34,831 bases of DNA from the NCBI GenBank assembly GCA_000826855.1, contig JTLS01000070.1, positions 1 to 34,831 of the forward strand, written 5' to 3'. The notes below the pieces were generated by a model that worked only from the letters and a program-made list of their open reading frames with translations, had not been told where the DNA came from and did not search any database. The stretch comes from Basidioascus undulatus. Its lineage: Eukaryota. Below are positions 12,001 to 24,147 of this stretch, in pieces (positions within the stretch are counted from its first letter, which is position 1; each line of letters starts with the position of its first letter). Position numbers and translations under genes: made by a program.

Positions 12001-14962
12001 GCACGTCTCGCGCAGTGGCACAAAGCGCTCCTGAAACTCGTCTACGTCCTTTGCTCGACCGTCCGAACGGTCGCGGAGAAGGGCTTCTGCCGGCCGCCCG
12101 AAGCCGACGACGGCGCCGGCGGGGAGACTTCGCAAGACGACGGCAAGCTCGAGGAGGGCACCGGCATGGGCGAGGGCCAGGGCGCGGAGAACGTCAGCTC
12201 TCAGATCGAGAACGAGGAGCAGGTCGAAGGGCTTCAAGACGAGAAGGGCGACGACTCGGAAGAGCGCGGCGAGACGAAGCGCGAAGACGAGGCGATCGAG
12301 ATGAACGAAGACTTCGACGCGGACCTTGACAATGTCTCGGACGCGGACGAGGAGAAGGGCTCGCAAGACGGTGCCGACGACGAAGAGCAAGACCTCGACG
12401 AGGAGATGGGCGACGTTGACCCCCTCGACCCGGGCGCTGTCGACGAGAAGCTCTGGGGCGAGGAAGGGCCGGAGAGCAAGGAGAACGACGACCGTGTCAA
12501 CCAAGAACCTCAGGCCCAGCCCGAAGGCCCGTCTGAAACGGTCGCCAAGGACGACGCTGGCAATGACAACAAGGACCGCGAACGCCCGCCCGAGTCCGAA
12601 GAGGCGCAGCCGCAGGACGCTTTCCAAGACGAGCAGGAGGGCGGCCCCGAGGAGCAGGCAGCCGACGAAGAGCCTGCAGGCCCCAAGGGCGGCGACAAGG
12701 TCGATCAGCGTATTCCGGAGCCCGACACGCTCGATCTTCCGGAGGGCATGGAGCTAGACGGCAAGGAGGAGAAGTCCGATGGCGAGGACTACGAGCTGTC
12801 CGACGGAGAGATGGACGCCGAGGGAGACGAGCAGGTCGAAGACGACACGGCCATGCCCGAGGACCAGCCTTCGCCTCCCGCCGCCGACGAGCCCGACGCG
12901 TCTGGCGCTCCTACTCAAGATGTTCCGGAGGACGATACGGCCGAGGCCGAGCCAACGCCGGCGGAAGCCCAGGCGAGCGAGGTCGAGCAGCCTGAAAATG
13001 AGGACGGCAGCGATCCGGACGCGCTTCAACCGGAGGCGAAGCAGGATGGTGTGGACGACTCCATGGACGAGCCCGCAGCCGATACCACCGCCAGCGGCGA
13101 CGCCGACCCGAACGCGACGACCGAGCAGTCGGGCGCTGCGCAGGACAACGCTGGTCAGCGGGCCGACGCTGCCGAGGCGGACCGGGAGGTGCGAGAAGAT
13201 CAAGCCGGGAAGCCGTCTGAACCTCAGCCTACGTAAGTTTTCTACCTCCCGCGTGCTAGCACCCTTGCTCATGCCCTTCGTGTCATTTTTCAGCGCGGCG
13301 GATCCGGCTGCTCTCCGCGATGGTCCCTCCGGCGATGGCGAGGCGGCCCCCGCACCGGGCAGCGAAGCGCCCGACGCTTCGATGCCGAGACCCGAGCCGA
13401 ACCCGCTCCGCAGCCTCGGCGATGCGATGAAGGAGTTCCGCCGCCGCTTCGACGAGATCGCCGAGGCTCAAGATCACGACGAGCCTGCCGCTGATCGGCA
13501 AGCCACGGAGGCGGAAGAGCCGCCGCAGCAGCTCGAGTACCTTCGTGAAGAGGACGCGGACAACATGCAGGCGCTCGGCGCGGCACCCGAAGACCAGGTG
13601 CAAAAGCTTGGCGACCTCCGCATCGCCGACGAGGAGGAGCAGGGTCCCGAGCACGCGGGCGAGATGGACCTGCGCGAGAACGAGTCCGAGCATGAGCCGC
13701 AGCACACGGCGCGACCGACCCTGCAGAACGCTCCGACTTCTGCGCCGGCAGACAGCGAGAAGGCCATCACCGGCGCCGAGCTCCGTCAGCAAACGCAGCC
13801 GGAGCGACCGGAGGCTGCTGTCGATCGCGATGTCGACATGGACGTCGAGGAGTACCAGGAGCCCGAGGAGTCGCCGGCGCTTACGGACGAGGAACGCAAG
13901 GAGCTCGAACACCGCGCCGAGCTTCGCTTGCAGCAGTGGCGTGCGGGCCATGGCGACGCTGACGCTGAAGGCGTCTGGCGACTATACGAGTCGCTGACGC
14001 GCGACCTCTCGTTCTCGCTTTGCGAGCAGCTCCGCCTCATCCTCGAACCGACCCTCGCAACCCGGCTCAAGGGCGACTACCGTACAGGCAAGCGCCTCTC
14101 GATGAGAAAGATCATTCCGTACATCGCGTCCGACTTCTCGAAGGACAAGATCTGGCTTCGCCGCACGCGCCCTTCGCAGCGCGAGTACCAGATCATGCTC
14201 GCCGTCGACGACTCGCGCAGCATGGCCAACTCGCACACCACCCACCTCGCATTCCAGGCGCTTACCCTCATCTCGAAGGCTCTCACCCTTCTCGATGTCC
14301 CGCCGGCGATCACGCGCTTCGGTCGCACTGCCGAGGTCGTGCACGATTTCGACACTGCGTTGACGGACGAGACCGGAGCGCGGCTCCTCGAGAACTTTAC
14401 CTTTACGCAAGATGCGACCGACGGTGAGGTTCCGTTTCTTTCGTGATACTTCTGCGTCGCGACTGATGTTCCGCACCCTTCCCAGTTCTTGCTCTTCTCG
14501 CCAACTCGCTCGACCACCTTCAAACATCTCGCGCTAGCCGCCCTCACGCATCCGCCGCTGCCGACGAGCTTCCGCAGCTCCTCATCATCATCTCCGACGG
14601 CATCTGCCAGGAGCACGAGCGCCTGCGCGTCCTTCTCCGGCGTGCTGAGGAGCAGCGCGTCTGCGTTGTCTTTGTCGTTCTTGACTCTCTCCGCCCGGCA
14701 GGACCGTCCACAAACGCGCCGAGGTCGTCCATTCTCTCCATGTCGTCCGCGGCGGTCGTGAACGGCCAGCTCCAGCTCACGAGGTATCTCGACTCGTTCC
14801 CCTTCGAGAACTTTGTCGGTGAGTCGCGTTCAGCTGGTCGCGTGCCCACGTCGTTGTGGCGGTATCTGACGGGTTTTTACAGTCCTCCGAGATCTTGGCC
14901 AACTTCCCGATGTCCTCTGCTCCCTCCTTCGTCAATTCTTCGAGTCTATGGCCACTGCCTGA
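1..14962 (+). CDS. MDN1: Midasin (Rea1/Mdn1) AAA-ATPase, 60S ribosome maturation factor; 5'-truncated by the window edge, about 23 introns in the window
   Basis: Five successive AAA modules with Walker A motifs GETGTGKT (~173), GPTSAGKT (~1697), GETGTGKT (~2666), GSPGVGKT (~3867) and GPAASGKT (~4922), plus WxLLDE(L/I/M)NLA Walker B and 'LSPALRNRF' motifs. These are followed by a long helical linker, a D/E-rich region (~12100-13900) and the C-terminal MIDAS domain (LRLILEPT..GDYRTGKRL..RKIIPYIAS..KDKIWLRRT, DDSRSM, IISDG). GT-AG introns join the frames, e.g. 505-574, 644-705, 859-923, 1792-1861, 3517-3583, 4101-4159, 4337-4396, 6107-6205, 14819-14882. The last exon reads ..LRDLGQLPDVLCSLLRQFFESMATA*, with stop TGA at 14960-14962. 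Confidence 0.97.
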
Positions 14963-17482
14963 ACTGTACGTAGCATTGCCGCCCGTTTCCAGCCACCATC
15001 CGGCGCTGACTCTGACCCATCATTGGTCGGGCAGGTATCATCGCTTGTGTTTAGATGTGTTCTATTCTCTGATTTCGCTTTGAACTCTATAGACTTGCAT
15101 TCATGTATCGTATACATTCAGCATAGCACTGTCTCATTGCACTGCGAGTCGTTCGTGCGCGTTGGCGGAAAGACTGCTCTGTAGAGAAACAGATGGGCCT
15201 GAGGCATTTCGTTTTCTTCATGAGCGTTATACATCTCATTATCAGGCACAGGTGTCGCAGCGAAAAGGACACGGACTACAGATGGAGACCTTACATTTTC
15301 TCACAGTGCACTCGGCGAGCCCAGCACCGCCTCAGTACGATAGGGCTTGCTTCGGGTTCTTCCTGTCAGTCCTTCATTCCTTGAGAACTAATATGTAATT
15401 CGAAGTAACCGTGAGCAACCCGAACGTCTCTCAGCATCGTGTGTCCCCGCACTCTGCCTTTGATCCGCACTTGCAACCGAGAGCGATGTAAGGATGAATC
15501 AACGCCTACGCATCAGCGCACGTATATTTTCGTTCGATATAAATCTATGATACGCAAGATGGCAGGAAAAGCTTTGCTAAAGGTAACGACATAAACGCCT
15601 GGTGATGTTCCAACTCGGGGAACTTTCGCGTCCGCATAGTTGGACTTGAAGCTCACGCCTCAGCGAAATACTCCCACGACGGTTGAGCATTCCGACGTCT
15701 GTATTGTCCTGTTAGATATGATAACTCACGTTGGTGGAAACAGCCGAGACTTGAGAATTACAACGTGCCTTGTCTCTCACCATGAGCTCTGCCACGGAAT
15801 CGAGGGAAGGAAAACATTGTACCTATGGTGTAATTTGAGTAATGAGGACGCTGGAGTAGCCAGCCAGCCAATAAGCCGGCAGTTTATTAGGGGTGACGGA
15901 GGTCATGCAGTTAGCTTTCCGAACACGGGATAGACTTATAGAATACAATAACAATGCAGTCTTGAATAGACGTAATATGGATCGGATGAGCAGCGTTGAA
16001 AATGGTACGATGGGCGGTCTTCGCAAGGTGAGGCCCGATTTCAGTCAGGTTCCAATCACGTGAGATCATATAACGTTGGACGCGCGCGTCACGCGCCGGA
16101 GATGACGATGTCATTTAGAGCTCCTTGAGGAGGTGGTGGCGAGCACAGTTTGCATTTCAAGTCACCATTGAGCCTTGGCAATGTGCAGAAGTAAATATTG
16201 GCTGTCAAATATAATCTGGATACAGGCCTCGACGTCTACACTGGAGATTGGTCGAAAAGGTGGTATAGTGGCAGCGAGGAGATGGAGCAGCAGCATTCCC
16301 TCCATTGGCAAGTTTGAAGGATATTCGTGATGCTGCGGGACATTTCCGCCAATGTTGGGTTTAATGGAGGAGGTCAGGTTCTGAATTTTCGCATGGCTCA
16401 CCCTGATGTCTTGATGCATCCGACTGCGTCGCATTAGCCGTGGTCCATCCTGGAGTTCGTGTGAGCGACGGAGGTGTGCAGTCCAATCTCATGGCCAGGA
16501 TAGGCAGGACCCTCACGTTTTGCAAATGGGTCTGTTTTCAGTAGTAATCTATGTGCTCCTTACGTACATTGCGTGGGTAGCACGTCCTGCTCCCCGGACA
16601 ATGAGCGGCAGACAGCCCCGACACCAAGAGGTACGATTTTCTCTGAGAATGGCCGGCAGACATCGGTAAAGACACCCGATAGGCCTGCAGGCTTCTTTGT
16701 CGCTCTGTGAATAGCGCTCAGGATGAGGGAGTGAAGATGGCGGTCGTAGATGCGAATGAATATACGTTCAAAGGGACATGCCATACGCCCTGCTCCTTGC
16801 ACCCAGCGCTGGGCAGCACCCCAGATTCTGTGTGCGAGCTGCCAAGTCTGCAAGTGCCGCCTGTGCCAGACCTAATTCAAGGACATCAGTTGCTTCATAG
16901 GGCTTAAAGGATGGAAAGTATCGAGATTGCACGTGCAAGTAGGCGATGCGACTTGGCGGAGACGATATGGAATCGAGTTAGGCGCCGGCCGACGCGAGCC
17001 CTCAGGTCTGCGGACTTGTCCTGGTCGGGCTTGCTCCTTGCCTTCCTTCCACTCGACTCGCCTCGCCAGCGAGACCGACATCCAAGCGACCGCTGCCGAC
17101 GAGGACGCTAATGCAGAATTAACACTCTTCTCGGATATCTCGACAAAGTGCCCCAGCTTCAAGTGACTGCGCGGCGGTCCATCAGTCTGCCAAAGGTGCG
17201 TCTGTCGTCTGTCGCTCCGCTTATTCCGCACCAGCCAGCCCGGGGTCGGCCAGGCACCCGCTTTATTGCAGCACTTGCTGATCTTTTGCTTGTTCTGTCC
17301 CTTCCACTGGAAACAGGCGTCTACTGGCGAGCTGAGCGCGAGTCAGCCATCGAAGGACGCCGTCGACGACGAGCAGCACTCCGCAGGTTGACCATCGCAG
17401 GTCCCACCGTCGACCGAATCCCCTGCATCCAGCCTCGACGCCAGCTCCCTCACCAAGGGCAATACGCCAGAGTGCACTCTCG

Positions 17483-20296
17483 ATGGACAACTACCAGCAC
17501 CATTCGCAGGCCCACCAGCACCAGCATGTCGATCCTGCGCAGAACCTCCATCTACACCACCAGCATACTTCGCAGGAGCCGTACTCCCAGCCGTCGGGAG
17601 TCCAGTGGTCCTACGCTGCTGCTGAGAATCAGCTCGAAGGCATACGCGCGGCGCGGAATGCGGTGGCGACCGCAGGCGCGGTAGGCGGTGGGACGTTTCC
17701 AGATACGGACGGAGTGAGTCTTCCTTTCGCCTTATGGAATGGGGGCAGTCGGAACGGGAGAGGAGCATTGTCCGACGTGAAGGTGGAGAAACAATCCAAA
17801 CTGCTACAGTGGTTCCCAAGGACGCATTCGGCGGAGGCTGGGGCAAAGCTTCTTGTGTGGTTCTGCCTATTCGAGCACGGCGCTGTAGGGAGTCGGAGCT
17901 CTTCTTAATTCCAGCCTGTCTTCGCGAGCACCGAACTTGATCCTGTCATGATGTGGATGAGTACATTGGTCGATTCTTGGGAGGCTGACTATTCGCCTTC
18001 TCTTCTCTACTGCAGATCATGACTCGGCATCGCGCAGCAATGGCGGCGCGGAACTCGAGCGCCTACGCTGCCCCGGCTCAAGTGCGCCATTCTTCATCTT
18101 CGCCTTCTGAGGACAACCACGGAGCTGATCATGGTTAAATCCTGCTGAACGTCACACGCATCTCCTTCCGTCCAGCGCTCTCCGTCGGACGGTCCGCTGA
18201 ACAACATGGTTGCGCTCACGACGCCCTTACACCCCCCCTCCTCCGCCGCCTTTCCCTCTCTCGCGCAACCGTCAACCTATCCTCTTCCGCCCACGCCTAC
18301 CACCACCTCCTCATCAAACTTCTCCTTTGCCTCGCACCGCTCCGCCAGCCCGACCAACAGCGTCGCGTCTACTACCATGACGAGCCTGTCCGCGTTCGCC
18401 GCCGCGCCCCCCTCCGCATCGACCACGTCATCGCCGCGCGACTCGCCGCCTCCCGCGAGCTGGCATACCACACCGTCCTCCACCGCGAGCACACCCGCGC
18501 GCGGCGGCAGCACCGGTGCCGCGCGCAGGAAGACCAAGCTCATCAACGAGACGCGAAGGGAGATCTGCCTTTACGCGGAGCAGTTCCCTAGCGCGAGGCA
18601 GGAGGACATCGCCGCGTTCTACAACATCGAGCGCAGCACGGTCAGCAAGATCCTCAAGCAAAAGGAGAAGTGGAAGGCCATCGTGCCCGGCGGCGCAACA
18701 GCGAAGGTCGCAAAGCATCGGCGCGTCTCATCCATTCTGCATTCGGCCGTTCTTGCTATGCGCCTCTGCTAACGCTTCAACCCGCCGCTCAGTCCGTCCA
18801 AGTTCCCCGAGATCGAATCCCGTCTTTCGGCCTGGGCGCGCGACTGCACACGCACGCACGTCATCCTCACCGACCAAGTCATCCGCGACAAGGCGCGCGA
18901 AGTCGCCAAGGAGCTCGGGTATACGGAGGAGAAGTTCAAGGCGTCGTCCGGATGGGTGGAGAAGTTCAAGGAGCGCAACTCGATCCGCAAAGGCCAAGTG
19001 CAGACCCTCCTCGCCGCTGCTGCTGCCGCCGCCGTCGCTGTCGCCAGTCTCGACGACGAGGTCGCCTCGCTTGCGGGTAGCCTCGCGACGAGCGGCGAGT
19101 CCGGAAGCCTTCTCGGCGACGGCGATAGCCTCATGGGCGAGTCGATGATCGACGAAGACGAGCCCGTTACCCCCGCGCCCCTTCCGATCGTCCAGGATGA
19201 CATGACCATGCACATCTGCCTGCCCCAGTCGGGCACGCCGGGAACGGCGGCCGCGGCCGGAGCGTACGGCCAGCCGCCTCCGCCCCCGCCGCACACGCCG
19301 CAACCCGATTCGGGCAGTCAAGTCGAGCTCCGCACTGCTTCGGCTGGTGCCGGCATCGCCTCCCCTGTCCCGACTGCGGAACGCCAGCCTACTCTACCGA
19401 CCGCCGCGTACAACGTCTCCCCTTCGCCTGCCTCCTACTTCGAAAACCGCCATCGCGCCCGTGCGCCGTCTGCTCTCCGCCGATCGGACACGGCGCCGAC
19501 ATGCACACCCGCCTCCCCCACCGCCGGCTCGACCCTCGTCAGCGCGCTCGATCAAGGTCCACGGCAGCCTGGGCCCCGCCCCCCGCACCAGCGCCTCCCG
19601 AGCAACAGCTCCCTCGTCCCCCCATCCACGCCCCAGCCGCTACCGCGCGCTTCGTCCACGCCTTCGTACGCGCTTGCAGCATATGATGCGGCGAGCGCGG
19701 CTGCGCAGCATCCCGCGCTGTACGCCCAGACAGCGCATGCTGCTTCTGGCGAGCTGAGCGCCCACCACGAGATGCAGTTGTTCTCGCCGTCCGCTGCTCC
19801 GCTCCTCGTCCCCGGCGACGACCAGCAGCAGAACACGCAGGGCCGGCCCGCCACGCCTTCCGAGCAAGCGCATGCCGCCCAAGCATTCGCGCGTCTCGCG
19901 CATGCCGAGAGTCCCGTTCAGCTCCAAGCACAACATCAAGCACCCTCGCAAGCTCATTACGGCGCGCAGCAGCCTCCCTCCTCCGGCCCCTCCCGCTCGT
20001 CCATGTCCGCCTACGCGCACGACACCGGAAACCCTTACCCCCTCCATCGCTACCGCTCCACACCTTCATACCCGACGTCCCCCGTCATCGAGTCTACCCC
20101 TTCTACCGCCTATCTCACTCCCGCACCCGCGGCGCCGAGCGTGTCGATGCACGAGACGTACACCGCGCTCGGCACGGTCATGCGCTTCCTTGAGGCGCAG
20201 CCGAGCGGCTTCGCAAGCCCCGCGGACCTCATGGTTGTCGGCCAGCTGCGCGGGCGGGTCGAGCAGATGGTTCGCGAGCACGAGGGTCGTGCTTAA
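17483..20296 (+). CDS. CENP-B/Tc5 (pogo-derived) double-HTH DNA-binding protein lacking the DDE domain, about 781 aa; putative transcription or chromatin factor (Pdc2/Cbh-like architecture)
   Basis: Proposed exons 17483-17713, 18016-18081, 18176-18720 and 18793-20296 total 2346 nt, in frame. HTH1: RKTKLINETRREICLYAEQFPSARQEDIAAFYNIERSTVSKILKQKEKW. HTH2: HRPSKFPEIESRLSAW..ILTDQVIRDKAREVAKELG..FKASSGWVEKFKERNSIRKG. A Ser/Pro/Ala/Gln-rich tail and a short C-terminal helical motif follow. The first two exons are less certain; ATG 18206 is an alternative start. Confidence 0.88.
18721..18792 (+). other. Non-canonical GC-AG intron in the CENP-B-like gene
   Basis: Donor GCGCGT (a GC version of the locally common GTGCGT), branch GCTAAC at ~18768, acceptor CTCAG. 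Removal gives KH-R-PSKFPEIE in frame; retention reaches a TAA at 18770-18772. Confidence 0.85.
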
Positions 20297-22276
20297 TCCA
20301 GCTCCCATCCTTCTTTCGCCCGGCATCGCACCGGCCCAGGCGGCCCTCGTCTCGCCTGACCTTTCTTGACTTTCCACTCAGCATTTTATAACCATCCCAA
20401 ATACGCAGCAATCCCAACCATGCAGTACCCGGCATCTGTCATACATCCACCATCGTCCTTGCATCCCTTCATTCACCAGCGTACCCACAATCACCAATCA
20501 CCTTTTGCATGCTCCACCCGCTTCTGTGCTCCCCGTTGCGTTAGTCCTTCGATCGCCGCACTTTCTGATACGCACTCGCCCCCCCACAACCCGCACCCTG
20601 CTTCGCAATATCGACAAGATTCGTTCCTCGCGCTCGCTGTAACACTTACACCGCATTGCCTCCCTTGAACCGAAACAAAAGAATAAAGAATTCGAAATGC
20701 AATTCGTCGATGAACTCCTTGCCGCTTGGTGTGCGATGGCTGCAGATTTGCCTCGCCAGTATGTTGACTGTCAAGGAGGCAGGCGAAAGTTCTCATGGGA
20801 GCGAGCGGCGCGACTCTTTCTTCCAGCGAAGGGGAAATGTTCTCCGCAGATTTCTTTTCGCGTTGCGTAGGAGGCGATGCATATCGCGGGAAGTGAATGA
20901 AGGTGCACAGCATGAAGCCTTGCTCGGCATGGAACACTGCTGATCCTCTCCGCGATGCCAACCTCTTCGGCCTTTGCTGTGCTGTTTGGCCACAACAGCG
21001 ACACCTTGAGAATATGAATTGTATAGTCCTGAATATACCCAATCTTTTGAGGCGATTGCTCAAGTTTGACTGCCCTTCCGTTTGCTCTGAAGGTCGAGTC
21101 TCACGCCATGAACGGCTAGCAGTCACAGTGCGTTTCTTCGTCTACTGAAGCGGCACCGTTGCTTCGCTGTACCTCCCTTACTCTTAAATTATTTGTGTGA
21201 TTCCTCAATAGATTTCCTATGGGGTTGAGGCACATCCAAGGCGCCAGCTACGTACCGGCCGTGAGGTACAGAGCCTGTACAATCAGGGTGCCTTGGCATA
21301 GTGCCTCGCGGCACAACAAACCACGTACTGCAAGACAACCAGCGAGCTTCTTAGGTAGTAATGAGGGTCATTATCTCTTATTGAAGGAGCGATGGAGCAT
21401 GGCATAGTGGGCAAAATGAAACCTGCGCGCTGTTGCGTTCAAGACCCGCTCCGCATCAATCCGCAACCACCTGCTTCGAGCCGAGCGCAAGAATTAGGTA
21501 GTAGAGTAATGGCCTCGAGCCAACTGCATTGATTAGTGTTCTAGAGTTCAGAAGACACCGTCAGACAATCTGTACCTAAGGCGAGGGTCGTCAGCATCTG
21601 TTCAATTCACGCTCATTCAGTTGAGAGTCTAGGAGTCTTTGGGGTATGCTTTCAATGCGCTCCAAAAAAAATGAAGTCCCTTGAGGTATCTTTTATGGTA
21701 ATTACTATTTCCTAGGGAGGAGCCGACTCAGCAAATGAATATGAACAGCCGTCCAGGACGGATCCGCCTGACAGTGAAACGGTGGCTGTCTGCTGACTCG
21801 CGAATCAATGGCAGTCGCCATCGTTAGTTATGATAACAACCGGTAAATCAAGTATCTACAACTCAAAACAAATGGCAGTGTGATCGGACGCACTGTAGTG
21901 CAGGGATGAACACTCCAAAACGCCCCCACGCCGCTGCGTCAAGATGCACACTCAGTAACTGCACCGAATCCCCGATACGGCGCGCAGTCTTCTCAGATTT
22001 GTGAATTAACTGAGACTCAATCAAAGAGTCCTTGACTCTCTAAGGACCGAACTCATCTTTATCGGACCGTCCCCCCTCACCTCGTCCTTCCTCCAATCGC
22101 TCTTCCATCTTAAGATGTCTGGACCGATACATACGTAAAACCCCCTATTAAACCCCTTGGTGGGTAGGAAGACCCCAGCGACGATGTTCTCCCAGAGTTG
22201 CTAGGGCAGCAGGACAAGGGGCTGTACGGCGCTGGCGACGGTCCTGTCACGAAGTGCTCCGCTCTCGGGGGGCCCA

Positions 22277-23262
22277 CGCTTCTGGGCGGTGATTGTCAGC
22301 CTTTGTATTGCATCACCTCTGATTGCGCTAGACCTGATGAGTCATGATTATTCCGCGTATGAGGGCTTTGTTAAAGCAGATGAACTGACACCGTGGTCGA
22401 CAGATACCGCAGGTGGGCGGAATATCGTGCGGTAGAAGTCATACAGCTAATTTTTTGCGAGATTTACAGTTTCAACCGCTTTACCCACCATCGTAGGTGA
22501 CCTTGGTGGAGTGGAGTTCTCATGGGTTAGCACAGGTGCGCTTCCTCCTCTTCTGAGGGACCGTCCCACAGCTTGAGTACTGCGCTTACAAGTTGTTCTA
22601 CTATGCGGGAAGCCTATGCCCTTACGACAACAGCGTTTCTTCTATGGAGCGGACCCCGGGACACATTGTACGTTATCTAGCTAGGGAAGGAAACGCATCA
22701 TTAATCTTGAGTTCTCAAACGCAGTTCGGTCGCCAACGTGAGCACCTTTCCTCGTTCCGAGTCCCATGGTCCTTTCTGAAGTTTCTCCAAACCAATCAGA
22801 GCAGTCATACTTCCTAGCCTGTCTCTACCCATGATGGGGAGCGCTCTGGGTGGATCAGCGCAAACACTGGAGTGGCTGATTGCCGCCAGAGGTCAATCAA
22901 CTCCTCATGTCGAGTCGAACTGCAGCAAGTCGTGACGCACGGTCAGTCGTTCATGGAATAGTAGCAGGGGGCATGATTACGGTGTATTTCTATGCGATGT
23001 TTTCCAGTGGCTATCAGTGTCTTCAGGAAGTACCAAACAATGTCACCACAGCTCGTCAATAATCGTGACGGACCTCGTGCCACTCGCTGATCGAGGCACC
23101 TACGTGGGCCTCCTTGCGTCTGTTGCCGCATTGGCAGGTGCTCTTGGTACGTATATCATAGGTCTTCGCGCTGTTCATTATAAATTTACTCAATGGAGAG
23201 TTAATAAACAGCACCCATCATCGGTGGGCTGTTGGCAAAAGCCGACTGGCAATGGCTGCTTT
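22277..23262 (+). pseudogene. Decayed or truncated MFS drug:H+ antiporter (DHA2/14-TMS-like), N-terminal half only
   Basis: Exon fragments in the correct order: RFWAVIVSLCIASPLIALDL / TAVSTALPTIVGDLGGVEFSWVST / AYALTTTAFLLWSG / FGR / GSALGGSAQTLEWLIAAR / VHGIVAGGMIT / SSIIVTDLVPLADRGTYVGLLASVAALAGAL / PIIGGLLAKADWQWLL. The first donor reads ATGAGT (22337) instead of GTGAGT. The best donor at 22668 is out of frame with FGR. No C-terminal half or clean start is recognisable. Confidence 0.7.
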
Positions 23263-24130
23263 GTCGGTCTTCCGCTGCTCGGAGCATACTGAGGTTTCAG
23301 CTGACATCAATGACCGCACGGCACTTGCTGCCCAGATTGGCGCATTTCAACTGTGACAGTTAACCGCACACTTCCAACCTGCTCAGCTTCTCTCCTCTCT
23401 TCAACAGGTATCGTTAGTTGTTGTGTTGCCTTTTACTACCCGACGTACTGTACGGCACTTTAGCCGATGTACAGTGCAAAGACCACTGACCCACAGTCTC
23501 TGCAGTCCAAGGTAGTCTTGGAAAAAGCTCAGTGAATCCGGTGTAGCGATGCTGCCTTTCGCTTTCATCCGTAAGTTCCCTGTCCTGCGTCCAGTTAAGA
23601 GAAGGCGACGAGTCCCAACATATCAATCTGACGTCTCCTCTACTGAAATAGATGCATCTTCTGGGGTGGCGACGGGTCTTTGGGTTCAAAGAAGCCAAAA
23701 AATTTGTTTCCACCAGCCTATGCAAACTCTACCAACTATTGAGCCGTCCTCCTGCTGCCTCACAGGTATCGTCGACAGAACTACTGGGGCTTGGCGTGTA
23801 CACTGGCTGGTCTAGGTGTGTCGTTCGGCGTTTTAGCCGTTTTAGAGGTCTCGACAAAACTGCTCAGTTCGAAGAGAATCAGGAATGCTTACTTTTTTTA
23901 AAGGTAACACGTTTTCTCTTCGACGAGCGCGCCTACTCCCGCTCAGAACAACTCTATCACAGCATAATTCTTCGAAGACCATCAGGGCGGGCTATCAGGT
24001 ACTGGTCTCGATAGGGTCAATTTTGACGGGAAACTTTTGGGCACACAACCTTCGTATTGCTGGGCGACTGTTTGTATGACCCGCATAATACCCAGACTGG
24101 GAACCCTTTACCCTGCGGCAACATTCCCTG

Positions 24131-24147
24131 CCCTAACCCTAACCCTA
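24131..24147 (+). repeat. Short interstitial telomere-type repeat (CCCTAA) x ~2.8
   Basis: CCCTAACCCTAACCCTA read directly; matches the TTAGGG telomere unit widespread in fungi. Confidence 0.6.

Noticed and set aside
12100..13900. Low-complexity acidic region as a repeat array or separate gene
   Set aside because: It is the known D/E-rich tether of midasin, contiguous with the MIDAS domain.
852..14761. Many long overlapping or antisense ORFs over MDN1 (e.g. 1823-3043 minus, 5078-6025 minus, 9468-10514 plus)
   Set aside because: Shadow frames caused by high GC3 codon bias; they are Arg/Pro/Ala-rich, have no domain signal and are fully explained by the midasin frame.
17483..20296. Active Tc5/pogo DNA transposon
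   Set aside because: No DDE catalytic domain, no terminal inverted repeats seen, and an ordinary intron-containing gene structure.
20300..22100. Short ORFs (e.g. 20491-21126 minus) downstream of the CENP-B-like gene
   Set aside because: No codon bias like the real genes and no recognisable motifs; probably 3' UTR and intergenic DNA.
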